DNA of 53,519 nucleotides from Parvularculaceae bacterium (lineage in GTDB: Bacteria; Pseudomonadota; Alphaproteobacteria; Caulobacterales; Parvularculaceae). The stretch lies in contig JBGTFV010000107.1 of assembly GCA_041747095.1 (NCBI GenBank), positions 1-53,519 on the forward strand, written 5' to 3'. The position numbers and the translations under genes are program-made. Position 1 is the first letter of the stretch; the number at the start of each line of letters is the position of its first letter. Of this stretch, positions 18,408 through 28,736 are shown piece by piece. Under the pieces are notes generated by a model. That model was not told where the DNA came from, did not search any database, and saw nothing but the letters and a program-made list of their open reading frames with translations.

Positions 18408-19298
18408 ATGGACACCTTTGACAAGCTGCGGAGCTTCGCGGCGGTGGTGGAAGCCGAATCATTCACCGCCGCCGCGGATCGGCTTTCGTTAACCCCGCAA
18501 CTGGTGAGCAAATATGTAAAGTCACTCGAGAACGACCTCGGGGCCCGGTTGCTCAACCGAACGACGCGGCGGGTCGCCCTGACCGATACTGGCCGCGCGT
18601 TTCATCCGAGGTGTTTGCGGCTCATTGAAGATTACGAGGAGATGCGCAGCGTTGTCGGCGCGATTCAGGCGCAGCCTAAGGGCCATCTTGTTATTGCCGG
18701 CCCAATGACTTTCGGAGAGCTGTATCTCGTCGAAGCGCTGAGAGATTTTACGGCTGCTTATTCGGAAGTCACGGTCGAATTAAAGCTCACTGACAGGTTC
18801 GTGAACCTCATTGACGAAAACGTCGATCTCGCCATTCGCATTGGCCAGCTTGAGGATTCTAACCTGATCGCCCGTAAGCTGGGCGCTGCCCCAATCGTCT
18901 GCTGCGCGGCGCCTTCATATCTGGCGCATGCCGGCGCGCCATCATCGCCATCGAACCTTCATGAACATGAATGCATAATCGATACTAATTTTCGGAACAG
19001 CGAACGATGGCGCTTTCGCGAGGGCGAGGAAACTTACTTTGTGCCAGTAAGATCTCAGTTCCGCGTCAACAGTGCAACCGCGGTGCGCAAGCTTGTGGTC
19101 AGCGGCGCCGGTATAGCGCTGTGCCCGGAGTATGTTGTTCGGGATGATCTGCAATCGGGCAGGTTGACGGAATTATTTTCCGGAAAACTCGATTATGACC
19201 TGAACATATTTGCCGTGTATCTGGAAAACCGTCATTTGTCAGCGAAGGTACGCGTCTTCATCGACTTCATGGGTGCGAGATACAAATCGAGCCATTGA
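18408..19298 (+). CDS. LysR-family transcriptional regulator (CrgA-like)
   Basis: SFTAAA...VSKYVKSLE...LLNRTTRRVALT HTH; VDLAIRIG substrate-binding domain. Confidence 0.95.
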   Translation: MDTFDKLRSFAAVVEAESFTAAADRLSLTPQLVSKYVKSLENDLGARLLNRTTRRVALTDTGRAFHPRCLRLIEDYEEMRSVVGAIQAQPKGHLVIAGPMTFGELYLVEALRDFTAAYSEVTVELKLTDRFVNLIDENVDLAIRIGQLEDSNLIARKLGAAPIVCCAAPSYLAHAGAPSSPSNLHEHECIIDTNFRNSERWRFREGEETYFVPVRSQFRVNSATAVRKLVVSGAGIALCPEYVVRDDLQSGRLTELFSGKLDYDLNIFAVYLENRHLSAKVRVFIDFMGARYKSSH

Positions 19299-19320
19299 AT
19301 TTCGGCGTCAGCGCTATTTC

Positions 19321-20070
19321 CTACGCCCGCTTCTGTTTCCTATAGGTTGCCGGGGGCAACCCCACTTCTCTCCGGAAAAGCGTTGTGAAGTGACTTTGAT
19401 TTTCATACCCTACATCTGCGGATATGTCAGTTACGGACATATCCGTTTCGAGCAGCAGTTTTTTCGCGTAGTTGATCCTCTTCAATATCACATACCGGTG
19501 CGGCGGTTCGCCGAACGTCTGTTTGAATGATGCTGCAAAGTGGAACCGACTAAGCCCGGCGCGCTGCGCCAGATCGTCCAGCGTGAGTTGGGACTGAAAA
19601 TGCTCAGAAATATACGCTTCAATGCGTCGCGCTAAAAAAGGAGCCAGTCCGCCCTTGGCGACAACCTGCTCGGGCGATGCGGTTTCTTCGAAAGAGGCGT
19701 CAAGAAAATTTCCGAACGCCGTCTCTACGGCGGCATAGACAATTTCCTCAGTAAACGGCTTAATAATATAACCGTTGATCTTGAGCGCTCTTGCCTCTTG
19801 CACCGTTTGCGGATCCGACCTTGATGTCAGGAAGACAATCGGCAGCGTATGATGCTCGCGCAGATAGCGCGCAACGTCGACGCCAGACAATTTCGACTTC
19901 AACTTTATATCAAGCAAAGCGATTTCCGGCTTGCAGGCGTCGGCAAGCGATACCGCCTGATCATAAGAGGAGGCGACGCCGCAAACCTTATGCCCAAGGT
20001 GCTGCATGATATCCTTGAGGTCGCGGGCGCTGACCGCCTCATCTTCGACGATTAGTGCGCTGATGCTCAT
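19321..20070 (-). CDS. Response regulator, REC + AraC HTH
   Basis: IVEDE...LLDI...KPF receiver; LSRFHF...VGYENQSHFTTLFRREVG AraC domain. ATGA overlap with the kinase stop. Confidence 0.92.
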   Translation of the reverse strand: MSISALIVEDEAVSARDLKDIMQHLGHKVCGVASSYDQAVSLADACKPEIALLDIKLKSKLSGVDVARYLREHHTLPIVFLTSRSDPQTVQEARALKINGYIIKPFTEEIVYAAVETAFGNFLDASFEETASPEQVVAKGGLAPFLARRIEAYISEHFQSQLTLDDLAQRAGLSRFHFAASFKQTFGEPPHRYVILKRINYAKKLLLETDMSVTDISADVGYENQSHFTTLFRREVGLPPATYRKQKRA

Positions 20071-22055
20071 ATTGCTTGCGCTCCACACTGACTTGTCGGC
20101 GGAATAAGCAAACGCCACTCAACCCCGCCCGTTTCGATATTACGCCAGAAAATCTGTCCTTCCATCTGCTTCACGAGATCCGTAACGAGCGATAAACCAA
20201 GCGAGGAGGACCCGTTCAGCGAAAAACCTTCAGGCAACCCTTGCCCATGATCGGTGACTTTTATTTCGATTTCCGACACGCCATCTTTAATAGCCACGTC
20301 GATGTCGCCCTTTTGATCGTCTTTATACCCATGTTTTGCCGAATTAGAGATCAGCTCGCAGAGCACAAGGCCGGCCGGCGCTGCTTGCGACATGGCGATC
20401 AGCATATCGTCGCTCTGCTCGTCCACGTTTATCTGACACCGCGGCGTATGCAGGCTTGTGAGCCGTTGGGAAAGTCCTTCCACGTAATTGCGGAGGGAAA
20501 CAAGATCGCTTGAACCTGAGGTCTGTAGTCCTTCATGTACGGACGCCATGGTGAGCACGCGCGCCTGGACATCACGCATATGCGTTTCGGGTTCGCCGTT
20601 TTGCTCCAGCCGCCGACGTTCAAGTCCCAGCAGACTGGCGACGACCTGAAGATTGTTCTTTACCCTGTGATTCAGCTCGAGAATGAGCGTTTCTCGCGTA
20701 TTAGCGAGTTGAGCGAGAGACCGCTTCTGATCTTCGATCAGGTTGATGGCAGATTCTAGCTTTCTGGTTTTCAGAAGCCGATCTCTCAGAAGGATGGCGA
20801 GCGCCAGCGAAAACAAGGATAAGATGGCGATGATGATGGCGTATTGAACCGACCGTTGCCTTTGCTGCGCAAGACGCAAATCCGCGAGCTCCTTTTCGCG
20901 TTGCGCAACAATGACCGCCGACCGCTCCAGATCCAGCGCAAGCTCGCCGGCGACCAATTGTGCTTGTTTCTCGCTCAGTGATTTTTTGTGAACCTCGCCA
21001 TTTTCGAGGGCGACGAGCGCTATGTGCGCAGCTTGTTCATAATCCTGATTTTCATTCAAGATGTGGGCAAGCGTTCGCGCTGCCTCGGAAACGATCCAAG
21101 GCTGTCCGGCTGTGACCGCCAGTTCATAGCATTTCCGCGCGTAAGCAAGCGCCTTGCTTGATTCATTGAGCCCATCATGCGCCTTGGCGAAATCGCATTG
21201 CAATCGCACCTGGAACCGGTCCGACAGATAGTCGATCACGTCGGCGGCGAGTTCGCCAAATTCAATAGCCTTCCTGAATTCTCCGGCGTTGAGATAAACG
21301 CGCATAGCGGTGCGGTAGGCTATCGCCGTATTTGATGGAGTTTCGAAATACGCTGGATCAGCAAGTATGCTGTCGATTTGCTCGCGCGCCTCGGAAACCT
21401 TCCCCAAATCGTTTAACAGCAACGCGATATTGGCGCGATCGGCAGAGATAAAACCCGCTAGTCTCGAATTCTCGGCTGCGAGGCGGTAGTGCGAAAGTGC
21501 GCGATCTTTCATATCCAGCGCAGAGAACAATACGCCAGCGTTGTTATGGATAGTTGATAATATTGTTGTTGATAGAACGCCGTTATTCGTGGCCAGCGCC
21601 TCCCGGTAGTATCTGACGGCCGAACCGAAATCATCGTTTCGGTAAGCCACGATGCCAAGCGCCACATCAATACCGGCTAGCGCGTCCCATGATTGCGTTC
21701 CTGACAAGTCAGACTTGGCGAGTTTGAGATAGCGTCTGGCTTCGCCGTCATTCTGTTCGCCGAAATAGCTATAGCCAAGACGGCGGTGAAGGGCTGCGCG
21801 CAGCAGGGGGTCGTCGCGGACGCCATCGTTCTGGAGAGCCGCGTCAATGGTTTGCCGACTGGATTGCGGTGACTGTCCGGCTAAAGCCTTCTCTATCGCA
21901 GAGGACATCGCTCTAAAATCGGCTGGCGTTTCGCGGGCGACGGTTAGGAGCGTACCTTCAAATTCCTGCTGATCGAAGCCCTCAGCCGCTGCCTCGCCCA
22001 ATAAACAGAAGGACACTATGGCAGCGGAGAAGATAGAACGAAAAGTAAGCGTCAT
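20067..22055 (-). CDS. Membrane sensor kinase with periplasmic TPR-like repeats and HisKA_2 domain
   Basis: Signal peptide, TPR-like helices, TM, ELNHRVKNNLQVVASLL, ELISNSAKH, DHGQG, SLGL. Confidence 0.9.
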   Translation of the reverse strand: MTLTFRSIFSAAIVSFCLLGEAAAEGFDQQEFEGTLLTVARETPADFRAMSSAIEKALAGQSPQSSRQTIDAALQNDGVRDDPLLRAALHRRLGYSYFGEQNDGEARRYLKLAKSDLSGTQSWDALAGIDVALGIVAYRNDDFGSAVRYYREALATNNGVLSTTILSTIHNNAGVLFSALDMKDRALSHYRLAAENSRLAGFISADRANIALLLNDLGKVSEAREQIDSILADPAYFETPSNTAIAYRTAMRVYLNAGEFRKAIEFGELAADVIDYLSDRFQVRLQCDFAKAHDGLNESSKALAYARKCYELAVTAGQPWIVSEAARTLAHILNENQDYEQAAHIALVALENGEVHKKSLSEKQAQLVAGELALDLERSAVIVAQREKELADLRLAQQRQRSVQYAIIIAILSLFSLALAILLRDRLLKTRKLESAINLIEDQKRSLAQLANTRETLILELNHRVKNNLQVVASLLGLERRRLEQNGEPETHMRDVQARVLTMASVHEGLQTSGSSDLVSLRNYVEGLSQRLTSLHTPRCQINVDEQSDDMLIAMSQAAPAGLVLCELISNSAKHGYKDDQKGDIDVAIKDGVSEIEIKVTDHGQGLPEGFSLNGSSSLGLSLVTDLVKQMEGQIFWRNIETGGVEWRLLIPPTSQCGAQAI

Positions 22056-22370
22056 TGCCGGGACGTTTTTTCCCGTTGTTCGCCCAACCCTCTCGAAACA
22101 GACAGTTCCCATCTCGAATGCTCCGGCCAGCGCGCCGTTCTACTTCTGCCCCAGCGCTATTTCTGTCGTAATCACACTATGACTGCAACATTCAGTACAA
22201 AGCAAAAGCACATCGAATCACGGGTAAGATCTTCTAATAAGCGAGCCGCTTTTTCTAAATCCCGTAGGAGATCGCTCGGTTTCAATTCAATCTCAGTTGC
22301 AGGGCTCCGTTATGTCGGGACCAGCCTGGGTCGCCGAGGGCGGATCGGCGGTGTTTGCGGCAGCCATGCG

Positions 22371-23141
22371 TTATTGATCAAATCCTAGCTGCCGCAGATA
22401 GGTTTGGTTGTCCCAAAAAAGCCATTCGTGGATCATGCGCCCTTGTTCCCAAACAGCGATGGTCGCCATGTTGACGGCAAATGCGCACCCTGTAGGTGCG
22501 ATGGCGTCGCCATCGCCGGTCGGCATGGGGTTGGTGAAAGTTCCCTCCATGACGCCCATGACTGCTGTCCACTTTCCGGCGCCGATGCGGATCGGGTGAA
22601 TTTTGATGCGCGTGTCCGGCGCGTGGATGAAGAGTTTTTTCAAATCTTCAATGTGCACGTCAATGCCGCTGGTTACGCGACCGTCTGGCCACGTCACAGT
22701 TACATTATCGGCATGGCTGAGATGCAATCGCGCCCAATCCTGACTACTGAATACCTCAAAGTCCAGCTCATCAAATGTCTCGAGATGCTGCCTGGCTCGC
22801 ACGCCTGACGCGACCCCGCCGCCGTGATAATTTTCCGACAGTCGCTCGCCTTGCGTGGGGCAAGTATTAGCTGGCGCCGTTGTATCGGGCTCATTCTCGG
22901 CCATCGCCCAAAGCGCGCTTGCTATCTCGAACGCTTCAAGCTGTGCGTCGGGGCCAGAGCTGGTGTTCGAAATCGTCAGCAGACGATTCTGGGTCAGCTC
23001 ACCCTCCGCCATGGCGGTTTCTGCGCGCGAGGGGGTTGCAAAAAACAGGAGACAAAGCGCAGCCCCCAGCACTCCTGCACTTTGCAAAGACGTCCGGCTA
23101 CGAAGCTCGGAATTTATCGGGCGGCTATTTTTCGTCTGCAA
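22371..23141 (-). CDS. Secreted SnoaL-like ester cyclase family protein
   Basis: Signal peptide; FDELDFEVFS...SHA...WPDG...HPIRIG...EWLFWDN. Start uncertain. Confidence 0.82.
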   Translation of the reverse strand: MQTKNSRPINSELRSRTSLQSAGVLGAALCLLFFATPSRAETAMAEGELTQNRLLTISNTSSGPDAQLEAFEIASALWAMAENEPDTTAPANTCPTQGERLSENYHGGGVASGVRARQHLETFDELDFEVFSSQDWARLHLSHADNVTVTWPDGRVTSGIDVHIEDLKKLFIHAPDTRIKIHPIRIGAGKWTAVMGVMEGTFTNPMPTGDGDAIAPTGCAFAVNMATIAVWEQGRMIHEWLFWDNQTYLRQLGFDQ

Positions 23142-23402
23142 CGCGTCGCTCCTTCAGTGAGCCCGGCCAGATGTTATGCGAGGGGCGACTATCCGGCCGG
23201 GCGTGACCGGATAGCCGCCTTTGAGCGCGGGGTTCGGGAGAAACGGCGCTCAATTTCTTTGAGGTTGCGATCGTGTGCTTTCGTCCACTGCATTACGATG
23301 AATGTTAGTGGAACGACGGACCCGCGAATTTCGCATCATTGGGGTCTTCGTCGTCATCTTGGGAGAATGGCCTTGTTGCCGAAGGACCTGCTCACCGGCC
23401 GT

Positions 23403-24188
23403 TCAATTGCGGCCGGCCATGACGCCGCCATCGACGTCGTGAATCGCGCCGGTCGTCCACGACGCGTGGTCTGACAAAAGGAAAGCGATATGGCGCGCAA
23501 CGTCGATCGGCATACCCACGCGCCCGATCGGGTGGAATGCATTGAAGCCAGATGTCAGGGTGTCCTCGATTTTTTCAGGATCGATAAACGCGCCATAGAT
23601 GGGCGTCACGACGACGGCCGGGGAAACGGCGTTAACCCTGATGCCTTTTTCCGCAAGTTCCATGGCGAGATGCTGGGTTAGAGAATGAAGGCCGGCTTTC
23701 GCCATCGAATAGGCCGATGACGGCGTCGCCTTGATTGCTTGCTTTGCCCACATCGACCCTATGTTGACGATCGCGCCGCCGCCATGTTGCGCCATATTTC
23801 GCGCAACCGCCTGAGTGATAAAGAAGATCGCGCGATTGAGGTCGTGGTAGCGGTCATAATCTGCAGGCGTATGATCGAGGAAAGGAGACGGTGAAAAGTA
23901 TCCTGCTGCGTTGACCAATTGGTCTATATGCCCGCCTTCCTCCGCAATCTCCTTCAAAAGGCGCTGCACGCAAGCTGGCTCATAAAGATTTGCCCGCGCC
24001 ATCTCGACTGGACCGCGATTGAGCGCCATCAGTTCTCGCTGCGCGGCCTCGAGCTTATCGGGGTCGCGGCCGATGATACGCACCAAACGGTCTTGCGAAA
24101 TCAGGAGTTCTGCCGTCGCCTTGCCGATGCCGCTGGAGCCGCCAACGATTAAGCTGATCCGCCTTTTAGAGTTTTTCGTGTCGGGCAT
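23403..24188 (-). CDS. Short-chain dehydrogenase/reductase
   Basis: GGSSGIG, NAAG, YSMAK, VNAVSP, VDGG. Confidence 0.95.
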   Translation of the reverse strand: MPDTKNSKRRISLIVGGSSGIGKATAELLISQDRLVRIIGRDPDKLEAAQRELMALNRGPVEMARANLYEPACVQRLLKEIAEEGGHIDQLVNAAGYFSPSPFLDHTPADYDRYHDLNRAIFFITQAVARNMAQHGGGAIVNIGSMWAKQAIKATPSSAYSMAKAGLHSLTQHLAMELAEKGIRVNAVSPAVVVTPIYGAFIDPEKIEDTLTSGFNAFHPIGRVGMPIDVARHIAFLLSDHASWTTGAIHDVDGGVMAGRN

Positions 24189-24656
24189 CGTGATTGTCTT
24201 TCTAAAATAAATTCAACGTGAAAGCGGCTTCGTCGTCACAACGATCAGACATTTGTTCACGATATCGCCAAATGCGGCAACGTCAGTCGAGCGTATGTCA
24301 CGAGTTGTTTGTCCGTTGATCATCGGCGTAATGATGAGGGCCATTCGGCTCTATCGCATCCTTTCTGCTTCCTTTTGTAAATTGCGATGAAAGCGCAAGT
24401 TATGGCGCATCGTTGTTGACGATGGCGCGCCTTACGTTGTTGTGATGGTCATCCGTGATCAGCGCCGATCACAATCGTGCGAGACCGGAAAGTCATGGGT
24501 AAATGCGGACGCTCATAAAGAGACGCAGGAACTCCGGCGCGCTATCAGCTTGTTGTGTCGCGCCAAGCGCATGCGGAAGCGGCGCGCGCAGACATAAAGG
24601 CGACTATCGTATCGACGCGCTGAGCGCGCGTTGGCAACAATACCGGAGGGCGATTA

Positions 24657-25229
24657 ATGACAACGTTTCCGCTTCATGATGAAGACTCCGCACCCGACGC
24701 AGCGCAACAAGCACTTGCAGCAACGAAAAAGAACTTTGGAATGATCCCAAATCTGGAGCGGGTGATGGCGTCCGCGCCCGCGCTCCTGCAGGGATATTCA
24801 ACCCTGTGGGATCTGTTCGATGAAACAACGCTATCGCCGATCGAACGGCAGGTGGTCTATCTGACCGCCAATTACGAAAACGAATGCGAGTATTGCGTTC
24901 CCTGGCACAGCTTGCTCGCCAAAAGGGCGGGCGTAGCGCCGGCTGAAATTGAAGCATTGCGCAACGGGGCGACTCTCTCCGATGACAAACTGGAGGCGTT
25001 GCGGAAGTTTACCCGTTCGCTGATCGCCAACCGGGGAAAAATCTCAACTGCGGAGCGCGATGAATTCTTCGACGCCGGCTATAGTCATGTTCATGCACTG
25101 GAGGTCGTCTTAGGTCTGGCCGTGAAGCTAATGAGTAATTACACCAATTCCATCGCTGGCACGCCCTTAGATAAGGCAGTGACGAGCCTGTCGTGGCGCA
25201 AGCCGACAATCAGAATGCACACTGACTAA
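24657..25229 (+). CDS. AhpD/CMD family protein
   Basis: GMIPNL...ERQVV...NECEYCVPWH. GGAGG RBS. Confidence 0.92.
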   Translation: MTTFPLHDEDSAPDAAQQALAATKKNFGMIPNLERVMASAPALLQGYSTLWDLFDETTLSPIERQVVYLTANYENECEYCVPWHSLLAKRAGVAPAEIEALRNGATLSDDKLEALRKFTRSLIANRGKISTAERDEFFDAGYSHVHALEVVLGLAVKLMSNYTNSIAGTPLDKAVTSLSWRKPTIRMHTD

Positions 25230-25361
25230 AGTGATTGGCGGCGCCACCCGCTAGATGGCACGGAGAACGAGTTTTATGATCGGTACACAAATAATAATTA
25301 TCTTCTATAATTGCCTTGATGAAAGCCATCCGAAAGCAAGCGTCGCAAAGGAGCAAGTTGA

Positions 25362-26837
25362 ATGCGAGCGAATACCATTTTAGCGGCGTTTGTGCTTGGT
25401 TGCCTTCTAACCGCTTGCTTGGCGAACCAACAGTCCACGGATGGCGATACCGTCGACGATCAAGGATCCGAGCGGACGGAAAGTTTTCGACTCGTGGCGG
25501 TAACGCCGAACGTCACTGTTCTTGTCGATGAAAAAGAAGTGTTTCTTGGTCAGCGCAGTGCAGATGACTATCCGGACGCCATCTGGGTTCCCATTTGGAA
25601 GACCGATCCAAGCAAGGTTTGCTTTGTGAACGGCGATGCGCGCGCGTGCGCCGATTTCATTCCTGACCAGACTCGCAGCCTCGAGATCACAATTGGCGGC
25701 AAAGAGAGAATTGTAGAGGTGACGGCGGTACTTACGCCCCCGCGGGCCCGGTTCACGCCGGAATATCAGGCCGCCTATCGTGGCCGGACGACCGTCGAGG
25801 TGCCGGAGCCATATGAACTTGTGAATATCGTGATTGCCATTACGCCGACGGCGATTGCCGATCCAAATCTCGTCTATCAAAAATCGGATTACTACAACGC
25901 TGTTCGCGCGCATTTTGACCGCTTCGCTCACCATCCGCTTGTCTCCCGCATTGATGAGGCGCTGAAGGAGAATATCTTCAATTACTTCTCTCTTAAAATG
26001 AACGCGTACACGATCTTATTCTCGCCAGACGGCTCACTTGTCAGGAGCCCGATCTATAATCGCGCTGGTTTTGACAATGACTATAACAACAATATCATTC
26101 CGTACATTAACGATCTGCAGGGTTTTGCCGAGCAAAGCGGGTTTCGGGAATTCTACGCCGCGCATCAAGAACTGTATTCGGAGCAAATTCGCTTTTTCGA
26201 AGTTGAGGCGGATGTCTCGGCAATGAACGAATGGCTGATGCGCGAGTTTCCGTCCGTCCCGCCTTACGACGGCATCAAAATCGTCTTTTCGCCTCTGGTT
26301 GCCTACAACCAATCTTTGACCGCGTTTGAGGCGGATGGATATCGCGAACTACAACCGCACATAAATTTTCCATATGATCCAGTACACGGCATGAGCATTT
26401 CTGGTGGCGCGGTCAGACGTTCTACGATCCTCTTTACGGAAATGAACCACGGCTACATCAATCCCACGGCCAGAGCTTATCAAGACTTGATCGCCTCTTC
26501 GCTTGAACCAAGAGAATTTTGGGCGGATGACGATCTTGCTGCCCAATATTACGTCGGGCCGCAGATGCTATTCAACGAATACATGAACTGGGGGCTGGTC
26601 AGCCTTTATTACGCGGACCGGCTGACGGACGCTGATTTTTCGATTGCTAACGACGCGATGGTGCGAAACCTCATAGAGCGAAGGGGTTTCCGTCAGTTCG
26701 CTCCTTTTGACGCAGAGCTTCTGCGGCTCTATCGGGCGCGCAAGCCGGGCGAGCCCGTCGAGGCGCTTTATCCTCAGATTATTGGGTGGTTCGCCGCCCA
26801 TGGCGCTACTAACGCGCCGTCATCGAACGAACAATAA
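25362..26837 (+). CDS. DUF4932-like putative lipoprotein/metallopeptidase
   Basis: Lipobox-like LLTAC; EVPEPYELVNI, FTEMNHGYINP, FNEYMNW, RGF motifs recalled for this family. Confidence 0.7.
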   Translation: MRANTILAAFVLGCLLTACLANQQSTDGDTVDDQGSERTESFRLVAVTPNVTVLVDEKEVFLGQRSADDYPDAIWVPIWKTDPSKVCFVNGDARACADFIPDQTRSLEITIGGKERIVEVTAVLTPPRARFTPEYQAAYRGRTTVEVPEPYELVNIVIAITPTAIADPNLVYQKSDYYNAVRAHFDRFAHHPLVSRIDEALKENIFNYFSLKMNAYTILFSPDGSLVRSPIYNRAGFDNDYNNNIIPYINDLQGFAEQSGFREFYAAHQELYSEQIRFFEVEADVSAMNEWLMREFPSVPPYDGIKIVFSPLVAYNQSLTAFEADGYRELQPHINFPYDPVHGMSISGGAVRRSTILFTEMNHGYINPTARAYQDLIASSLEPREFWADDDLAAQYYVGPQMLFNEYMNWGLVSLYYADRLTDADFSIANDAMVRNLIERRGFRQFAPFDAELLRLYRARKPGEPVEALYPQIIGWFAAHGATNAPSSNEQ

Positions 26838-27663
26838 TCCACCGAAGCAATCAAACGGAAATGGGCGTCGAACGTTGCAGGGTCTGCTTCTGAGCTTCAC
26901 CCTTTGGTGGGGACCGATCTTGGCGATCAGTCTCGCGCTCGCCTCGATCAAAGCGATTCGGCTTGATATCCGTTGGCTGATCGCTTCGTTCCTCATTTTC
27001 GCCCTCGGTTTTGCCGGAAACATCATTGGCGATGCCCTCATTGATGAAGAACGGCTCATACCGGTCGCTTGGGCGTGGGAGTGGAATTGGGCGGGAAAAC
27101 TCGGCGAGATCATAATCGCCATTATTGCGATCTTCGTTGTGACGAGCGTGGCGCGCGGCAAGCGGCTTGCCGACGCAGGATTTACCGCGAAATGGCGCGT
27201 AGGGTCCGTTGCGCCTGCAATCTTTGTTGGCGCATTTCTCGTCCTCGCCGCAATGGCGCTGAACGTTGTTCTCACTGATCAAGGCGACGCGCCGGGCGCA
27301 AGTCTTGAGCGGTTTGTCTTTCAGGCGACAATGCCTGGCTTTGCCGAAGAGCCCATGTATCGGGGCGCGCTTTTGCTCGCGCTCACTCTGGCTGCGTCTT
27401 CGCGCCCTGTTACGATTTACGGCGCGCCCATCGATTTCGCCGGCGCGCTGACGGTAATTCTCTTTAAGCTCGGCCACGGCCCCTATTTCACTGAAGGCGC
27501 TATCCGCGCGGACTGGGTCGCTATGGGTTATTCCGCCTTCATGGCCATAGGATTGCTCTGGCTGCGCCAGCGCACAGGTACGCTGGTCGCGCCGATTATC
27601 GCCCACAACGCCGTCAATTTCTTTGGGTCTGCGGCTGCGGCTGTTGCCCGTGCTGCTGGCTGA
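26800..27663 (+). CDS. CPBP (Abi/CAAX) intramembrane glutamic endopeptidase
   Basis: EEPMYRG, FKLGH and HNAVN motifs within a multi-TM protein. Start uncertain (ATG 26800 or TTG 26875). Confidence 0.85.
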   Translation: MALLTRRHRTNNNPPKQSNGNGRRTLQGLLLSFTLWWGPILAISLALASIKAIRLDIRWLIASFLIFALGFAGNIIGDALIDEERLIPVAWAWEWNWAGKLGEIIIAIIAIFVVTSVARGKRLADAGFTAKWRVGSVAPAIFVGAFLVLAAMALNVVLTDQGDAPGASLERFVFQATMPGFAEEPMYRGALLLALTLAASSRPVTIYGAPIDFAGALTVILFKLGHGPYFTEGAIRADWVAMGYSAFMAIGLLWLRQRTGTLVAPIIAHNAVNFFGSAAAAVARAAG

Positions 27664-27808
27664 GCGCGCCCTGAAAAAGGTGCGGACGAGTCCCGAGAGT
27701 TTCTTAAACGGGAGCGGGCCCGCTACCCCGGACAACCCCGCTCCCCCCGACCAAACAGGCGCGCAGACGTTTCTTTCCGTTGGTGCGTAAAGGCCCGCCC
27801 AAGTCCCT

Positions 27809-27837
27809 TTGCAAAGCACGTCGGAGCGGTCTACAAC
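27809..27837 (+). promoter_or_regulatory. Putative sigma70 promoter for nuoJ-N
   Basis: TTGCAA-N17-TACAAC, ~260 nt upstream of nuoJ. Confidence 0.5.
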
Positions 27838-28098
27838 CCGCCGCGATCTGAAACGCCCCTGTCTGTCGCTCGCGCGGCGGGGCGCAGCGGATTTTTGGCG
27901 CTTATGTACCACGGCCCATGCAGCAGGGGCGTCAACCGAACATCAGGCTGCAGCAGCCAGGACAGCCAGCCATGCATTCATTGGAGGCCAATCACGCGCC
28001 CTGACCGCCGCCGACCCGCCTAATTATCTTTCGCCGACGTTCCACCCCCTTTGCTCGATTCTTCTTTCCCTCCTTTCAAGAGTTCGTCCCGATACGAC

Positions 28099-28734
28099 AT
28101 GACCATCGCCGCCGTCGCCTTCTATCTGTTCTCCGCCGCCGCCGTCCTCTCGGCGACGATGGTGGTGGCCGCGCGAAATCCCGTGCATTCGGTTCTCTAC
28201 CTCATTTCGGCCTTCATCGCTTCAGCGGGCCTGTTCGTGCTGATGGGCGCCGAATATCTGGCGATGCTCCTGATCGTCGTCTATGTCGGCGCCGTGGCGG
28301 TCTTGTTCCTCTTCGTGGTGATGATGCTCGATGTCGATTTCGTCGAGTTGAAGCAGGGCTTTTTGCAATATGTGCCTATCGGGGGCGCGCTGGCCGTGGT
28401 CGTCGTGGTGGAACTGCTGCTGGTGGTTGGCGTGTGGACCATTCCATCGGACGCGGATCTCGCCCGCGTCCATCCCTCGCCAAAGGCAGGCGAGCCGGTC
28501 AGCGCCGCAGACGGGCCGTCCAACATCGAAGCCTTGGGGCTCATTCTCTATACTGACTACGTCTACCTCTTCCAGATCGCGGGGATCATCCTGCTGATCG
28601 CCATGATCGGCGCGATTGTGCTGACGTTCCGGACGCGTGAAGGCGTGCGTCGTCAGGACGCCGCGGCGCAGGTGGCGCGACGGCGCGCAGACAGCGTTGA
28701 AGTCAAGCACGTCGAGACAGGGCAGGGGATCTGA
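28099..28734 (+). CDS. nuoJ: NADH-quinone oxidoreductase subunit J
   Basis: RNPVHS...[17 protein letters not shown]. Confidence 0.96.
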   Translation: MTIAAVAFYLFSAAAVLSATMVVAARNPVHSVLYLISAFIASAGLFVLMGAEYLAMLLIVVYVGAVAVLFLFVVMMLDVDFVELKQGFLQYVPIGGALAVVVVVELLLVVGVWTIPSDADLARVHPSPKAGEPVSAADGPSNIEALGLILYTDYVYLFQIAGIILLIAMIGAIVLTFRTREGVRRQDAAAQVARRRADSVEVKHVETGQGI

Positions 28735-28736
28735 CG

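Noticed and set aside
27710-27745. GGGAGCGGG/CCCGCTCCC hairpin as terminator of the CPBP gene
   Set aside because: No plus-strand U-tract and a long loop; function unclear.
26851-27912. 353-aa minus-strand ORF
   Set aside because: Antisense to the CPBP gene, Arg-rich, no motifs.
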